A stretch of DNA of 64,000 bases from contig JAMCSD010000006.1 in assembly GCA_023380755.1 (NCBI GenBank), forward strand, positions 316,735 to 380,734. Reading direction: 5' to 3'. Both the position numbers and the translations under genes were made by a program. This document shows positions 34,833 through 43,874 of this stretch, in pieces. Within the stretch, counting starts at the first letter, position 1; every line of letters begins with the position of its first letter. Origin of the DNA: Patescibacteria group bacterium (GTDB lineage: Bacteria; Patescibacteriota; Microgenomatia; UBA12405). The notes under the pieces were generated by a model. It was not told the DNA's origin. It worked only from the letters and a program-made list of their open reading frames with translations, and did not search any database.

Positions 34833-35833
34833 GCTACAAAATTATTATCACCCTCAAAGACGTAAATTGGTTGCATGAAATTAGTCAGTGTGGCCGGCTC
34901 AAAATAGGCCAAATATATTTTGCGTACGGTTGTGCTGGTGGTATCCCCCTGGGCCAGAAAATACATGCCGTTTTGCACATCAGCCCAGGCTTGTTGCGGT
35001 GTCACAATTGGGTAAGTTGAAAATGACTGCCGGTCAATGGGGGAGTAGCTGTAGTTCACCTGAACAATGCGTTTCGTTTCCACCGCCGAGCCGCTGATTA
35101 AAAAAGATACCGAAGCTGTTTTTGGGTCAGCAGGCATGATCGCCATCCCGTCATCAGTCGCTTTCCGGAAAATGTCCACTTTCACCAGATCAGCATCCGA
35201 CAACGAATCCGCTGCGGTTAAGCCACTAAAGCCAATTTTTAAATAACTGAATTTGTAAGTGCCGTCGTCCAGGTCAGGGGATAATTTATTGGCCCGTTGC
35301 AAAAAAGTTTTAGCGGCATTGGTGGCTTCGGCATTGGTTGGCATATGGTCGGGGTTTTGCAGCAACTGGTCTTTTTCAAAGGGGTATTTAAACAGAAAAC
35401 TGCCGTCTAGAACATTCATGGTAAAAGTCAGATTATTGCTGGCGTTAGTCCACTGGTAAACCCCCGTCTTGGTTTCTATCGCCTGGTCGGTAAACCCCAA
35501 AGATTTGGCAGTCACGTAGCCGTCGTCCAAAGCAGTTAAAGTATTCACCGGCTTATAAACCACATATACCTTGGCTTGGTCACTATATTTCGGGAAGCTG
35601 TCATTAGGTAATTCCAAACTCAATTGAACCTTCGGTGTGTCCTTGGATGGAAAAACAATTTTTGGCAGTTTTCCGTACCGGACTGTTGGCGGCACATAAG
35701 GCGGGTGGGCCTTTAAGTAAGCGGCAATCGCCGTTGATACCCCCCATTGGAGCACAATCAGTAAAATTAAGCCTACACCCCCGAATTTAATGATATTTCT
35801 AGCCCAATATCCCGTAACGGTTAAGCTCGCCAT
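34790..35833 (-). CDS. membrane-anchored extracellular hypothetical protein (347 aa)
   Basis: An N-terminal TM (GGVGLILLIVLQWGV) is followed by a large soluble domain. It overlaps the carboxypeptidase gene convergently by 43 nt. I recognised no family. Confidence 0.6.
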   Translation of the reverse strand: MASLTVTGYWARNIIKFGGVGLILLIVLQWGVSTAIAAYLKAHPPYVPPTVRYGKLPKIVFPSKDTPKVQLSLELPNDSFPKYSDQAKVYVVYKPVNTLTALDDGYVTAKSLGFTDQAIETKTGVYQWTNASNNLTFTMNVLDGSFLFKYPFEKDQLLQNPDHMPTNAEATNAAKTFLQRANKLSPDLDDGTYKFSYLKIGFSGLTAADSLSDADLVKVDIFRKATDDGMAIMPADPKTASVSFLISGSAVETKRIVQVNYSYSPIDRQSFSTYPIVTPQQAWADVQNGMYFLAQGDTTSTTVRKIYLAYFEPATLTNFMQPIYVFEGDNNFVAYLPAVADSMVSPE

Positions 35834-35875
35834 AAAGTAATTGTAAACTAAGTCCTACGTCTCTGCTTAATCAAC

Positions 35876-35903
35876 TTGAAAATAGTCCAAAACGGCCTAT
35901 AAT
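35876..35903 (+). promoter_or_regulatory. sigma70-like promoter for 35950
   Basis: TTGAAA (35876-35881), a 16-nt spacer, then TATAAT (35898-35903). Confidence 0.5.
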
Positions 35904-35949
35904 ACTCGAGTTTACTGAAATTGGCACATTTAAAAAGGAAGGTTTAGAA

Positions 35950-36435
35950 ATGAATACTCGCAACCCGCGTCATGTGGTCGTTCTCGTGGTCACCATTCTT
36001 GCCCTCGTGGCATCAACAGTCCTCGCTGCCTGCGGCGGAATACAAGGTGCTCAAGCCGTTCGTGACGGTAAGATCTTTGATTGGGTTTCCAACTGGGAAC
36101 CGCGGCCGAATGGCTATGACGTCATTTGGTTTAGGTTTGACCCGGTCGCGGGATACTGCACCAACAACCAGGATACTAAGGAATTGGCAGAATATTACGC
36201 GTTAAACAACGTCTACGTCCTCAGCCATTACGAGACAATCAACTTCGGTGCATCCGACGGTAGCTTCCTTGGTTCTGGCTGTCCCAACGACGTCCAGAAT
36301 GGAAGCGGGAACAATCCCGTCTACCGCCTTACCTGTATCGAGGTCGCTAACCCTAAGGACCCGGCCAATGCCAACATCCGCAACCCCGGTTGCGAAAAAG
36401 TCGGCGACTCCTATCGGCAAAAGATAGATAAGTAA
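35950..36435 (+). CDS. putative lipoprotein (161 aa)
   Basis: An AAGGAAGG RBS lies upstream. The signal has a lipobox, VLAAC. The coding region is GC-rich and the family is unknown. Confidence 0.6.
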   Translation: MNTRNPRHVVVLVVTILALVASTVLAACGGIQGAQAVRDGKIFDWVSNWEPRPNGYDVIWFRFDPVAGYCTNNQDTKELAEYYALNNVYVLSHYETINFGASDGSFLGSGCPNDVQNGSGNNPVYRLTCIEVANPKDPANANIRNPGCEKVGDSYRQKIDK

Positions 36436-36476
36436 AAATCGGTAAACAACCTTCCGGCAACGGCTTTTAATAATTT

Positions 36477-36501
36477 TGTCAGTTCGCTGACATTTATTGT
36501 T
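36477..36501 (+). terminator. UUCG-tetraloop hairpin terminator nested in a longer stem
   Basis: TGTCAG-TTCG-CTGACA is followed by TTTATTGTTT. It is enclosed by the 10-bp pairing CCTTCCGGCA (36450-36459) / TGCCGGAAGG (36512-36521). Confidence 0.55.
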
Positions 36502-36773
36502 TGAAGTTCGATGCCGGAAGGATTAGTTAAACTTCTCCTAAAATTAAACTACCTCTTTTTGTTATAATCGCTTTGCCACAAGAAATCGCTTGATCATTTG
36601 CTGAGCAACTCGCTTTTTTTGGCAGTTCTTTAACAGCTAATGGTTTATCTTTCTATAATCTTGGCTACTAATCATAGTATCCAAAATTTCGCCGGTTATT
36701 GGAGGCAAGATTATAAAAAAATTCCCGTGTTCGAATGTGAATAATTGGTACCAGTATTTTTGCGAGGATAACA

Positions 36774-38312
36774 ATGAAAGACAAAATGAAACGTAGGCTT
36801 CCCCTGATCGTCTCCGTCGCCGTCGTTTTCGCCCTTCTGGTGAGCATTGCCGCTTCTGGTAACTCGCTGCATGCTGCTTCACCATTAACGAGCGTCCTTG
36901 TCCGTAATGGTTTAGCTCAACCACTCACTTTAACCTACAACTATTTCGCCTATCTGCCGATTATTGGCAACCGCATGGGTTTACGCGGGCCGGTCGGCGC
37001 CGAAATGGATGGCGGATTTACCGACGGTAACGGTATGCAGTTCTTCGAGAAAAGTCACTATACTATCACCCGTTACGCCGGGGTCCAGTGGGAGCAAATC
37101 GAGGCCACCAAAGGCACCTATAATTGGGATGCCACCACTGATTCCAGTTTAATCCGTGCCCATAATGATGGCGCCGACACGCTCCTCATTATTCGAGGTG
37201 TTCCCACCTGGGCGCGTCCTGTCACCGACACCACCAAATTGTGCGGACCGATTGACGCCAGCCACTATGCCGATTTTGCCAACTTTGTTGATGCCGTAGT
37301 GGCTCGTTACTTGCCCTATACCCAATTCTTTGAGTTGGGTAACGAGCCGGATGTCGATCCCTATTACATTGGATTACCAAACGGACTGCCAAACGATGGC
37401 ACCATTGGTTGTTGGGGTAATCCCAACGATACGTCCTGGGGTGGTGCTGGCGCCTATGTCAATATGCTTAAAGTCGTCACTCCCCAGGTAAAAGCTGATC
37501 ACCCCACCGCCAAATTCCTAAATGGAGGCTTATTGTTCGGCAACAATCCGGACACCTGCACGGGCGACAATGTCGCTAAATTTGCCAAGGGTCTCATTAC
37601 ACTCGGTAGTTTGGACTATCTTGATGGCTTTTCTTATCATGGATATACCTATTGGAACTACACACCCAACGGTACGTTCTTGGAAAAACAAAAGCCAAGC
37701 GGTTGCGGTTGGAATGCCAGTCCGACTATCCCCAAGATTCAAACCATAACTTCCTGGTTAAAGGCCACTATCAATCAATACGCGCCGGCTCACAATGGCA
37801 TTCCGCTCTACTTGACGGAAAATGCCATGGTCAGTTACCAGGCCTATGTCATGCCCCCCAGCGATCAGTTACGGGTTGTCCAAAGTTACTACGCCGCCAT
37901 TTCCACCGGTTTTGCGGTCTACCACAACCTGTCGGGCATCATCTATTGGCGCATGGAACCGTCGCAGATGTACCACTTCAATACCGAGCTCTTGGATAAC
38001 TCTGGCTCAGTCCTTTATCCAAACAAGGTCTACACCGCCCTGCTTACCTCTAATGGGAACATGGTGGGTTATCCGGTTATCGGTTGGGACAGCAACCAAA
38101 GTCAAGCCGGTGTTTCCATCTTAAAGTTTGATCGTGGAACTCTGGGGCAACTCTGGTTGGTCTGGAATAGCAACGGCGACAACGCTGTCCCGTTGACGTA
38201 CACCCTATCAGTCACGCCAACCGCCATGTGGGATGTCTGGAACAATCCGCTTCCGCCCACCAAGTCGATTTACCTCAACGATCCTTATCGGGCGCTCTAT
38301 ATAAAACCATAG
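36774..38312 (+). CDS. secreted glycoside hydrolase, clan GH-A (TIM-barrel) type
   Basis: 512 aa with a signal peptide. FFELGNEPD is a candidate acid/base NEP motif and PLYLTENAM is a candidate nucleophile TEN motif. The GH family is not assigned. Confidence 0.55.
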   Translation: MKDKMKRRLPLIVSVAVVFALLVSIAASGNSLHAASPLTSVLVRNGLAQPLTLTYNYFAYLPIIGNRMGLRGPVGAEMDGGFTDGNGMQFFEKSHYTITRYAGVQWEQIEATKGTYNWDATTDSSLIRAHNDGADTLLIIRGVPTWARPVTDTTKLCGPIDASHYADFANFVDAVVARYLPYTQFFELGNEPDVDPYYIGLPNGLPNDGTIGCWGNPNDTSWGGAGAYVNMLKVVTPQVKADHPTAKFLNGGLLFGNNPDTCTGDNVAKFAKGLITLGSLDYLDGFSYHGYTYWNYTPNGTFLEKQKPSGCGWNASPTIPKIQTITSWLKATINQYAPAHNGIPLYLTENAMVSYQAYVMPPSDQLRVVQSYYAAISTGFAVYHNLSGIIYWRMEPSQMYHFNTELLDNSGSVLYPNKVYTALLTSNGNMVGYPVIGWDSNQSQAGVSILKFDRGTLGQLWLVWNSNGDNAVPLTYTLSVTPTAMWDVWNNPLPPTKSIYLNDPYRALYIKP

Positions 38313-38348
38313 GAAATACTATTGAATCGATAAACCATTAAGCCGGGG

Positions 38349-38393
38349 ACTCTCACTATGAGAAATAGTTCTAGTGAGAGTTCCTCTTGTTCT
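38349..38393 (+). terminator. intrinsic terminator after the glycoside hydrolase gene
   Basis: ACTCTCACTA / TAGTGAGAGT form a 10-bp stem, followed by a T-rich tract. Confidence 0.65.
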
Positions 38394-38410
38394 TAGTCAA
38401 TCCCGCGTAA

Positions 38411-38419
38411 TGCTAAAAT
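38411..38419 (+). promoter_or_regulatory. extended -10 box of gltX (leaderless configuration)
   Basis: TGcTAAAAT ends 6 nt before the gltX ATG (38426), with no SD. Confidence 0.45.
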
Positions 38420-38425
38420 AAGCTC

Positions 38426-39856
38426 ATGGTTGTCCGCACTCGAATGGCCCCCTCGCCGACAGGGGAGTATCACATTGGCCATCTCCGTACTCTCCTTTAT
38501 AACTTTGCTCTGGCGCGCCAAAATAGCGGTCAGTTTATTATTCGTATCGAAGATACCGACCAAAAACGTTTCGTTCCGGGCGCTACCGAAAAAATTTTAC
38601 AGGTCATCAAAGATTACGGTCTCTCCTGGGACGAAGGTCCCGATATTGGCGGTCCCTATGCCCCCTATATCCAGACCCAACGTCTCCCTCTTTACCAAAA
38701 ATATATTCAGGAACTACTTGACCGTAGTCACGCCTACTACTGCTTTTGCTCCGAAGAGCGTCTGACCAAAATGCGGGCTACCCAAACTGCACTCCACCAG
38801 ATTCCCAAATACGACCGTCTTTGTTTGAAATTAACACCACAAGAAGTCAAAGAAAAATTAGCTGCCGGTACTCCTCATGTCGTCCGTCTTCGCGTTCCCG
38901 ACAACGAAGTCATTACCTTCACCGATGCTGTCCGTGGCGAAATCAAAATTAACACCAACGAAATTGATGATCAGGTTTTGATTAAATCCGACGGCATCCC
39001 CACCTATCACTTTGCTGCGGCGGTCGATGACCATTTAATGAATATTACCCATGTCCTTCGGGGTGACGAATGGATTACCTCGACTCCCAAAGCTATTTTA
39101 ATTTACCGTTATCTTGGCTGGGAAGTGCCAACCTATGCTCATCTTACCATCTTTTTGGACCCTAGTGGCCAGGGGAAGATGAGCAAACGCCGTGGTTCTG
39201 TTTCCGCCCGCAGTTTTCTTGAAGCCGGGTATTTACCCGAAGCCATGCTTAATTTCCTCATGCTATTGGGCTGGAACCCGGGTACCGAACAGGAAATTTT
39301 CAGCCTTGATGATTTTATCAAGCAGTTTTCCTTAACCCATCTTCACAAAAAACAACCAGTCTTCGATGTCACCAAGCTCGATTATCTTAACGGGGTCTAC
39401 ATCCGTCGTAAAACCGATGAAGAGCTTGCCAAACTCTTGGCTCCTTTTGTCCCCAAAATCTCTCTTGATAAACTAATAAAAATTGTCCCGCTAATTAAAG
39501 AACGCTTGACCAAGCTTTCGGAGGCCACCGCCCTACTCACTTTTGTTACCGAGGAAGTCCGCCCTTCAGTCGAAGATCTAACCAACAACGGTAAAATCGA
39601 CAAATCGATAGCCATCAATATGTTGTCTCAATCCACCAAAGTCGTTAACGAAACCGACGTAACCAAAACGGATGAACTTAAAAATAAACTAATGGAACTA
39701 ATTAAATCCCAGGAGTGGAAAACCGGTGATTTCTTTATGGTTTTCCGGGTGGCTGTCACCGGCTCCCGTATTACGCCCCCGATTGTCGAGTCTTTGGCCT
39801 TCTTAGAGCCAGCAACGATAATCGACCGCTTACAAAAAGCCCAAGATTTATTGTAA
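38426..39856 (+). CDS. gltX: glutamate--tRNA ligase
   Basis: 476 aa. It has the HIGH motif (PTGEYHIGHLRT) and the KMSKS motif (GKMSKRRG). Confidence 0.95.
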   Translation: MVVRTRMAPSPTGEYHIGHLRTLLYNFALARQNSGQFIIRIEDTDQKRFVPGATEKILQVIKDYGLSWDEGPDIGGPYAPYIQTQRLPLYQKYIQELLDRSHAYYCFCSEERLTKMRATQTALHQIPKYDRLCLKLTPQEVKEKLAAGTPHVVRLRVPDNEVITFTDAVRGEIKINTNEIDDQVLIKSDGIPTYHFAAAVDDHLMNITHVLRGDEWITSTPKAILIYRYLGWEVPTYAHLTIFLDPSGQGKMSKRRGSVSARSFLEAGYLPEAMLNFLMLLGWNPGTEQEIFSLDDFIKQFSLTHLHKKQPVFDVTKLDYLNGVYIRRKTDEELAKLLAPFVPKISLDKLIKIVPLIKERLTKLSEATALLTFVTEEVRPSVEDLTNNGKIDKSIAINMLSQSTKVVNETDVTKTDELKNKLMELIKSQEWKTGDFFMVFRVAVTGSRITPPIVESLAFLEPATIIDRLQKAQDLL

Positions 39857-41004
39857 TGTTTTTTTTAATTTTCTTAGTATTATCACTCTTATGTAAGCCG
39901 GCTCTGGCTCAGGCTAACGATATTCATATTAATCGTTATTGGCCGAATTATCCCGGTGGCGATGCTTTAATTAATATACCTGATAATCAAAGTTACGTCG
40001 AAGTAATTAATAGCGGGTCCGACAATATTGATCTTTCATCTTATTATCTTACTGATAGCACCTCTAATAATTCCATGCACTTATACGGCTCTCTTGCTGG
40101 GGGAAATAAAGCGATATTTCATTTCCAAAATTATCTCAACCATTCTGGCGACACGGTTAATCTGAAAAACGATACTATAAGTATTAACCCTCCAGAAAGC
40201 TTGAGCTACTGTACTGGGTCTTGTTCGGGAACTGATACTACTAACATGCTTTGTGTTTATTTACCTCCTGGTAGTAGTTCTTGGCAAGGAAGCGCAAATG
40301 TTGATATTTGCTACATCGCTTCTATTTTTCCCACTCCAACTATTACTTCCTTACCAACTGCTACGCCTACCGTTGCCCCATCCGTCACTCCTCAACTAAC
40401 TACTATCCCCACCTCAGCAGCCAACAATACCCCCACCCCAACAATTCCTCTTCCTAGTAATACCCCGTTTCCGGATCCTAGCCTAACCGTCGATCCACTA
40501 CCCTTAACCCTTAAAATAGGTCAGAACTATACCGTAAATTTCCATTTAAATAATGCTATAGTTGGTCGCAATTATGTCATTAAGGGTTTTGGGGGTACCA
40601 ATAATAACGGAATTGAAAATCAAAATGGTACTACTTGGTTGTATAGCAATACCGACCTAGATTCTTACAAACAATTTAATGCAGCATCTTCATCGTTTAG
40701 TTCGTCAATAACTATAACTGTCAACCCTAGTCAGATACCTCAATCAATAAACATTGCTTTTAAACCCATTGATATGAGTGATGGTCAAAAATCTTACGCA
40801 CAAACCTCTATGCAAACGGTGACCGTCATTGCCGCCGACCCCACCGCTGCCCCCACTTCGGCAGCCACAGCTATTCCCACCCCCACTGCCGCACCCAGGC
40901 TGGTAAAGCGAACCTCGGCTGTCAGTATTTTGCCCTTTATTTTTATTTTTGTCGGCGGCATTCTCCTGTGTGTCCCCTTTGTTATTGCTAAAATAAAAAA
41001 ATGA
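39856..41004 (+). CDS. surface protein with lamin-tail-like domain, Pro/Thr-rich linkers and C-terminal TM anchor
   Basis: 382 aa with a signal peptide. YVEVINSGSDNIDLSSYYLTD...GDTVNLKN resembles an LTD. It has PT-rich tracts and a C-terminal hydrophobic helix followed by KIKK. Confidence 0.6.
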   Translation: MFFLIFLVLSLLCKPALAQANDIHINRYWPNYPGGDALINIPDNQSYVEVINSGSDNIDLSSYYLTDSTSNNSMHLYGSLAGGNKAIFHFQNYLNHSGDTVNLKNDTISINPPESLSYCTGSCSGTDTTNMLCVYLPPGSSSWQGSANVDICYIASIFPTPTITSLPTATPTVAPSVTPQLTTIPTSAANNTPTPTIPLPSNTPFPDPSLTVDPLPLTLKIGQNYTVNFHLNNAIVGRNYVIKGFGGTNNNGIENQNGTTWLYSNTDLDSYKQFNAASSSFSSSITITVNPSQIPQSINIAFKPIDMSDGQKSYAQTSMQTVTVIAADPTAAPTSAATAIPTPTAAPRLVKRTSAVSILPFIFIFVGGILLCVPFVIAKIKK

Positions 41005-41408
41005 AGTTCCTCCGTTGGCTCCCGGCTCTCATCTGGATGGCGGTCATTTTTCACTTTTCCAGTGTCCAAACCACCGGTGTCACCGGCACCCATGCCATCC
41101 GTTTCCTTTCCATCTATTGGCAGCGGTTCATCATCCTTAAGTTCTTTCATTTAGCTGAATATGGAATACTGTTTACGTTATTATTTATAGCTACCAACAG
41201 TTCCAAAAAATCATTCCTTTTCGGTTACCTTTACGCCCTGTCCGACGAATTTCACCAACGTTTTACGCCCGGTCGTACTAGCAAATTCTCCGATACCTTA
41301 ATCGATTTACTTGGCCTTACTTTAGGCTGTTTATTTTATCTTCGCTTTTTAAAACCACACATTCTTATTTACTACCGCTCCATTTTGACAAGCAGACAAA
41401 AGAATTGA
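41001..41408 (+). CDS. VanZ-like membrane protein
   Basis: 135 aa. It has HLAEYGILFTLL and SDEFHQRFTPGRTSKFSDTLIDLLG. The start has an ATGA overlap with the upstream gene. Confidence 0.75.
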   Translation: MKFLRWLPALIWMAVIFHFSSVQTTGVTGTHAIRFLSIYWQRFIILKFFHLAEYGILFTLLFIATNSSKKSFLFGYLYALSDEFHQRFTPGRTSKFSDTLIDLLGLTLGCLFYLRFLKPHILIYYRSILTSRQKN

Positions 41409-41956
41409 TCACCCTTTTTTCCGGTGACAGTCAGCAACCCCTCTTCCAAGGTCACGTTCCCTTGACCAACTATCCGCAGGCCCCGTTTGCCAAAATTAAC
41501 TTCCGCTTCCATCCCTTCGGTCAGTCCGATCGATAATCCCGAATGGATTGCCAGTGTTCCTTGCTCGGCTCGGCCTTCTATTATCCCCAGGGCCTTAATC
41601 GCTTTGTCACCCAGCTCCACATCTTCCAAACGTCCGTCGTCTCCCAGCTGCAATTTATGCCAGCTGATTTCCCCTGTTTCCGGGTTAGCCAGGCTCACCG
41701 GCATCTCGCTTTTGGCCCCTTGGCTCACTGCCAGCAGCAATTCGTTGTCGGCGTTTTGAACATTGGCGTCTCCTGAAATGGTGATATTCTTCCCTAATAT
41801 CCGGCAGGCTAGCAAGCCGTTAACTCCGAAGAAAACCTTAAAAGGGTTGGCTGCCTCCACTTGGACTGCCGGCTTATGGTTCAATTCTGTTGCTGCCGTT
41901 TTTAAAGAATTTCCTGTTTCCTTAAAATTGAGTTTTTCGCTCAGTCGATCATTCAT
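41372..41956 (-). CDS. hypothetical protein (194 aa)
   Basis: This is a complete ORF convergent with the VanZ-like gene (37-nt overlap). I recognised no family. Confidence 0.5.
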   Translation of the reverse strand: MNDRLSEKLNFKETGNSLKTAATELNHKPAVQVEAANPFKVFFGVNGLLACRILGKNITISGDANVQNADNELLLAVSQGAKSEMPVSLANPETGEISWHKLQLGDDGRLEDVELGDKAIKALGIIEGRAEQGTLAIHSGLSIGLTEGMEAEVNFGKRGLRIVGQGNVTLEEGLLTVTGKKGDQFFCLLVKMER

Positions 41957-42030
41957 ATACTAATTATAAGGGATCCGGTAAATAGGTTTTTCTCCGTTTA
42001 AGCTTTTGCAAAATACGCTATACTGGTTTT

Positions 42031-42894
42031 GTGAGTCTCAAGCACCGTTTACATCTTCTTTTTCTGCCACACGAGAAAAATAATCACCGCGCCTTTTTAT
42101 TGCAGCCCTCATTTTTGGCAATTTTAATTGCTTTCTATCTTCTCAACCAATCGATTCTGCGTTCACTGGCAACCATCAAGCCTGGAGTCTTGGGCTATTC
42201 TTCCGAAATTACCATCGCTAAGGTTTATCAGGCCACAAATGCCGAACGCCGGGCTGCCGGTCTGCCCGCTTTAAAATATAGCTCCACTTTAACCCAATCG
42301 GCAACCGCCAAAGCTGACGATATGTTTGCTCATAATTACTGGGCCCACAATTCTCCCCAAGGCAAAACCCCCTGGGATTTCTTTCGGTCAGTCGGCTACC
42401 AGTATTCCATCGCCGGGGAAAATTTGGCCAAAGACTTTTATGACACCGACTCTATGATGAAAGCCTGGATGAATTCTCCCACCCACAAGGCCAATATTTT
42501 AAACGCCAAATACCAGGAAATTGGGATCGGCGTCGTTAACGGGACTCTTAATGGTATAGAGACCACCCTTGTCGTTCAACATTTTGGCACTCCCTTAGTT
42601 GCCCCTGTGGCGACTAAAGACAATTCTTCCAAAGTCGAAATCCCCGATATTGCCGCCCCAATTCCCGAGCCAGAAGTGCTCGCCAGTGCCGCTCCGGTCA
42701 TCAACCCCACCAGCGTCTCCAAAGTCTTGGGAGCTATCATGTTTAGTATCATTTTGCTCCTGCTGATTATCGATGCCGTGGTTACTCTCAAAAATAAAAC
42801 CCACCGGGTAGCCGGTTCCAATGCTGGGCATATCTCATTTTTAATTATTATCTTTATCTTGCTACTTTTTTCTCAACAGGGGAGGATCTTCTAA
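42031..42894 (+). CDS. CAP/SCP-domain protein (YkwD-like) with C-terminal membrane anchor
   Basis: 287 aa. It has NAERRAAGLPAL, HNYWAHNSP, GENLA and WMNSPTHKANIL. The start is GTG. Confidence 0.8.
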   Translation: MSLKHRLHLLFLPHEKNNHRAFLLQPSFLAILIAFYLLNQSILRSLATIKPGVLGYSSEITIAKVYQATNAERRAAGLPALKYSSTLTQSATAKADDMFAHNYWAHNSPQGKTPWDFFRSVGYQYSIAGENLAKDFYDTDSMMKAWMNSPTHKANILNAKYQEIGIGVVNGTLNGIETTLVVQHFGTPLVAPVATKDNSSKVEIPDIAAPIPEPEVLASAAPVINPTSVSKVLGAIMFSIILLLLIIDAVVTLKNKTHRVAGSNAGHISFLIIIFILLLFSQQGRIF

Positions 42895-42897
42895 CTT

Positions 42898-43158
42898 ATG
42901 GTTTGGCATGAAATTAAACACCATCCTTTCAGTTTTACCCTCCTTTTTATCGGCTTAATTCTCTTTTTATTGCTGTTCTTTTATTTTTATTTTGACCCCC
43001 ATTTACAGCGCCGCGTCATTTATGGCGCCGGCGTCTTTTATTTTTTGTGGAGTTTGTTGCACCATTACCAAAAAGGCGATTTGCAATTTTCCCTCGTGAT
43101 TGAATATTTAGTTGTCGCCCTCTTTGGCGCTTTGCTTCTGACCGGCACCTTATTCTAA
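42898..43158 (+). CDS. small membrane protein (86 aa)
   Basis: There are three hydrophobic segments. It starts 3 nt after the previous stop. Confidence 0.5.
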   Translation: MVWHEIKHHPFSFTLLFIGLILFLLLFFYFYFDPHLQRRVIYGAGVFYFLWSLLHHYQKGDLQFSLVIEYLVVALFGALLLTGTLF

Positions 43159-43865
43159 ATCCCGCTACTCCTTTTCATCTGTTCTTTTTGCCACGCTTTA
43201 ATCTTTTGAGGATCTCCGCCCACGAGTATCTCGGGAACCTTAAGTCCCAAAAAGTCACGGGGGCGCGTGTACTGTGGATATTCAGGCACTCGCCTGATTT
43301 TGCCCTCGATCTCAACTGCGCTATAACTTTCAGACTTGTTTGACTCATCTTTGCCTAAAACTCCCGGCAGTAATCGGGTCACGCTGTCCATGACCACCAT
43401 CGCCGGCAGCTCGCCTCCGGTTAATATATAACGGCCGATGGAGATTTCTTCGTCGACCATGTAATCATGTATTCTTTGATCAAAACCTTCATAATGTCCG
43501 CAGATTAAAGTGATTTCTTCCAGCCTACTTAATTCTTCCGCTTTCTTTTGGGTAAAAACTTTTCCCCCCGCCGTTATTAAAATAATTCTTTTATTCTTCC
43601 CGGCCTTTCTTTTTTTGGGATTAGTTATTTGAAACGGGACAATAATTTCCTTTAAAGCGTTATAGACCGGTTCCGGCCGGATAAGCATTCCCACATCACC
43701 GCCAAATGGCCGGTCGTCAACCATGCCGTAACTATCTAGTGCCCAGTCGCGAAGGTTATAAAGCTGAAGGTCAATAATCTTATTTTCTCTGGCCCGTTTC
43801 ATCATACTTTCCGCAAAAGGGGAGTCAAACATCTGTGGGAAAAGAGTAATCACGTTAAACTGCAT
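43155..43865 (-). CDS. trmD: tRNA (guanine37-N1)-methyltransferase
   Basis: 236 aa. It has MQFNVITLFPQMF, GGELPAMVV and CGHYEGFDQR. Confidence 0.93.
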   Translation of the reverse strand: MQFNVITLFPQMFDSPFAESMMKRARENKIIDLQLYNLRDWALDSYGMVDDRPFGGDVGMLIRPEPVYNALKEIIVPFQITNPKKRKAGKNKRIILITAGGKVFTQKKAEELSRLEEITLICGHYEGFDQRIHDYMVDEEISIGRYILTGGELPAMVVMDSVTRLLPGVLGKDESNKSESYSAVEIEGKIRRVPEYPQYTRPRDFLGLKVPEILVGGDPQKIKAWQKEQMKRSSGI

Positions 43866-43874
43866 ATCCGTATT

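Noticed and set aside
36637-36924. 95-aa minus-strand ORF overlapping the glycoside hydrolase start
   Set aside because: It runs antisense across the hydrolase signal-peptide region and into AT-rich intergenic DNA, with no RBS and an Arg-rich shadow composition.
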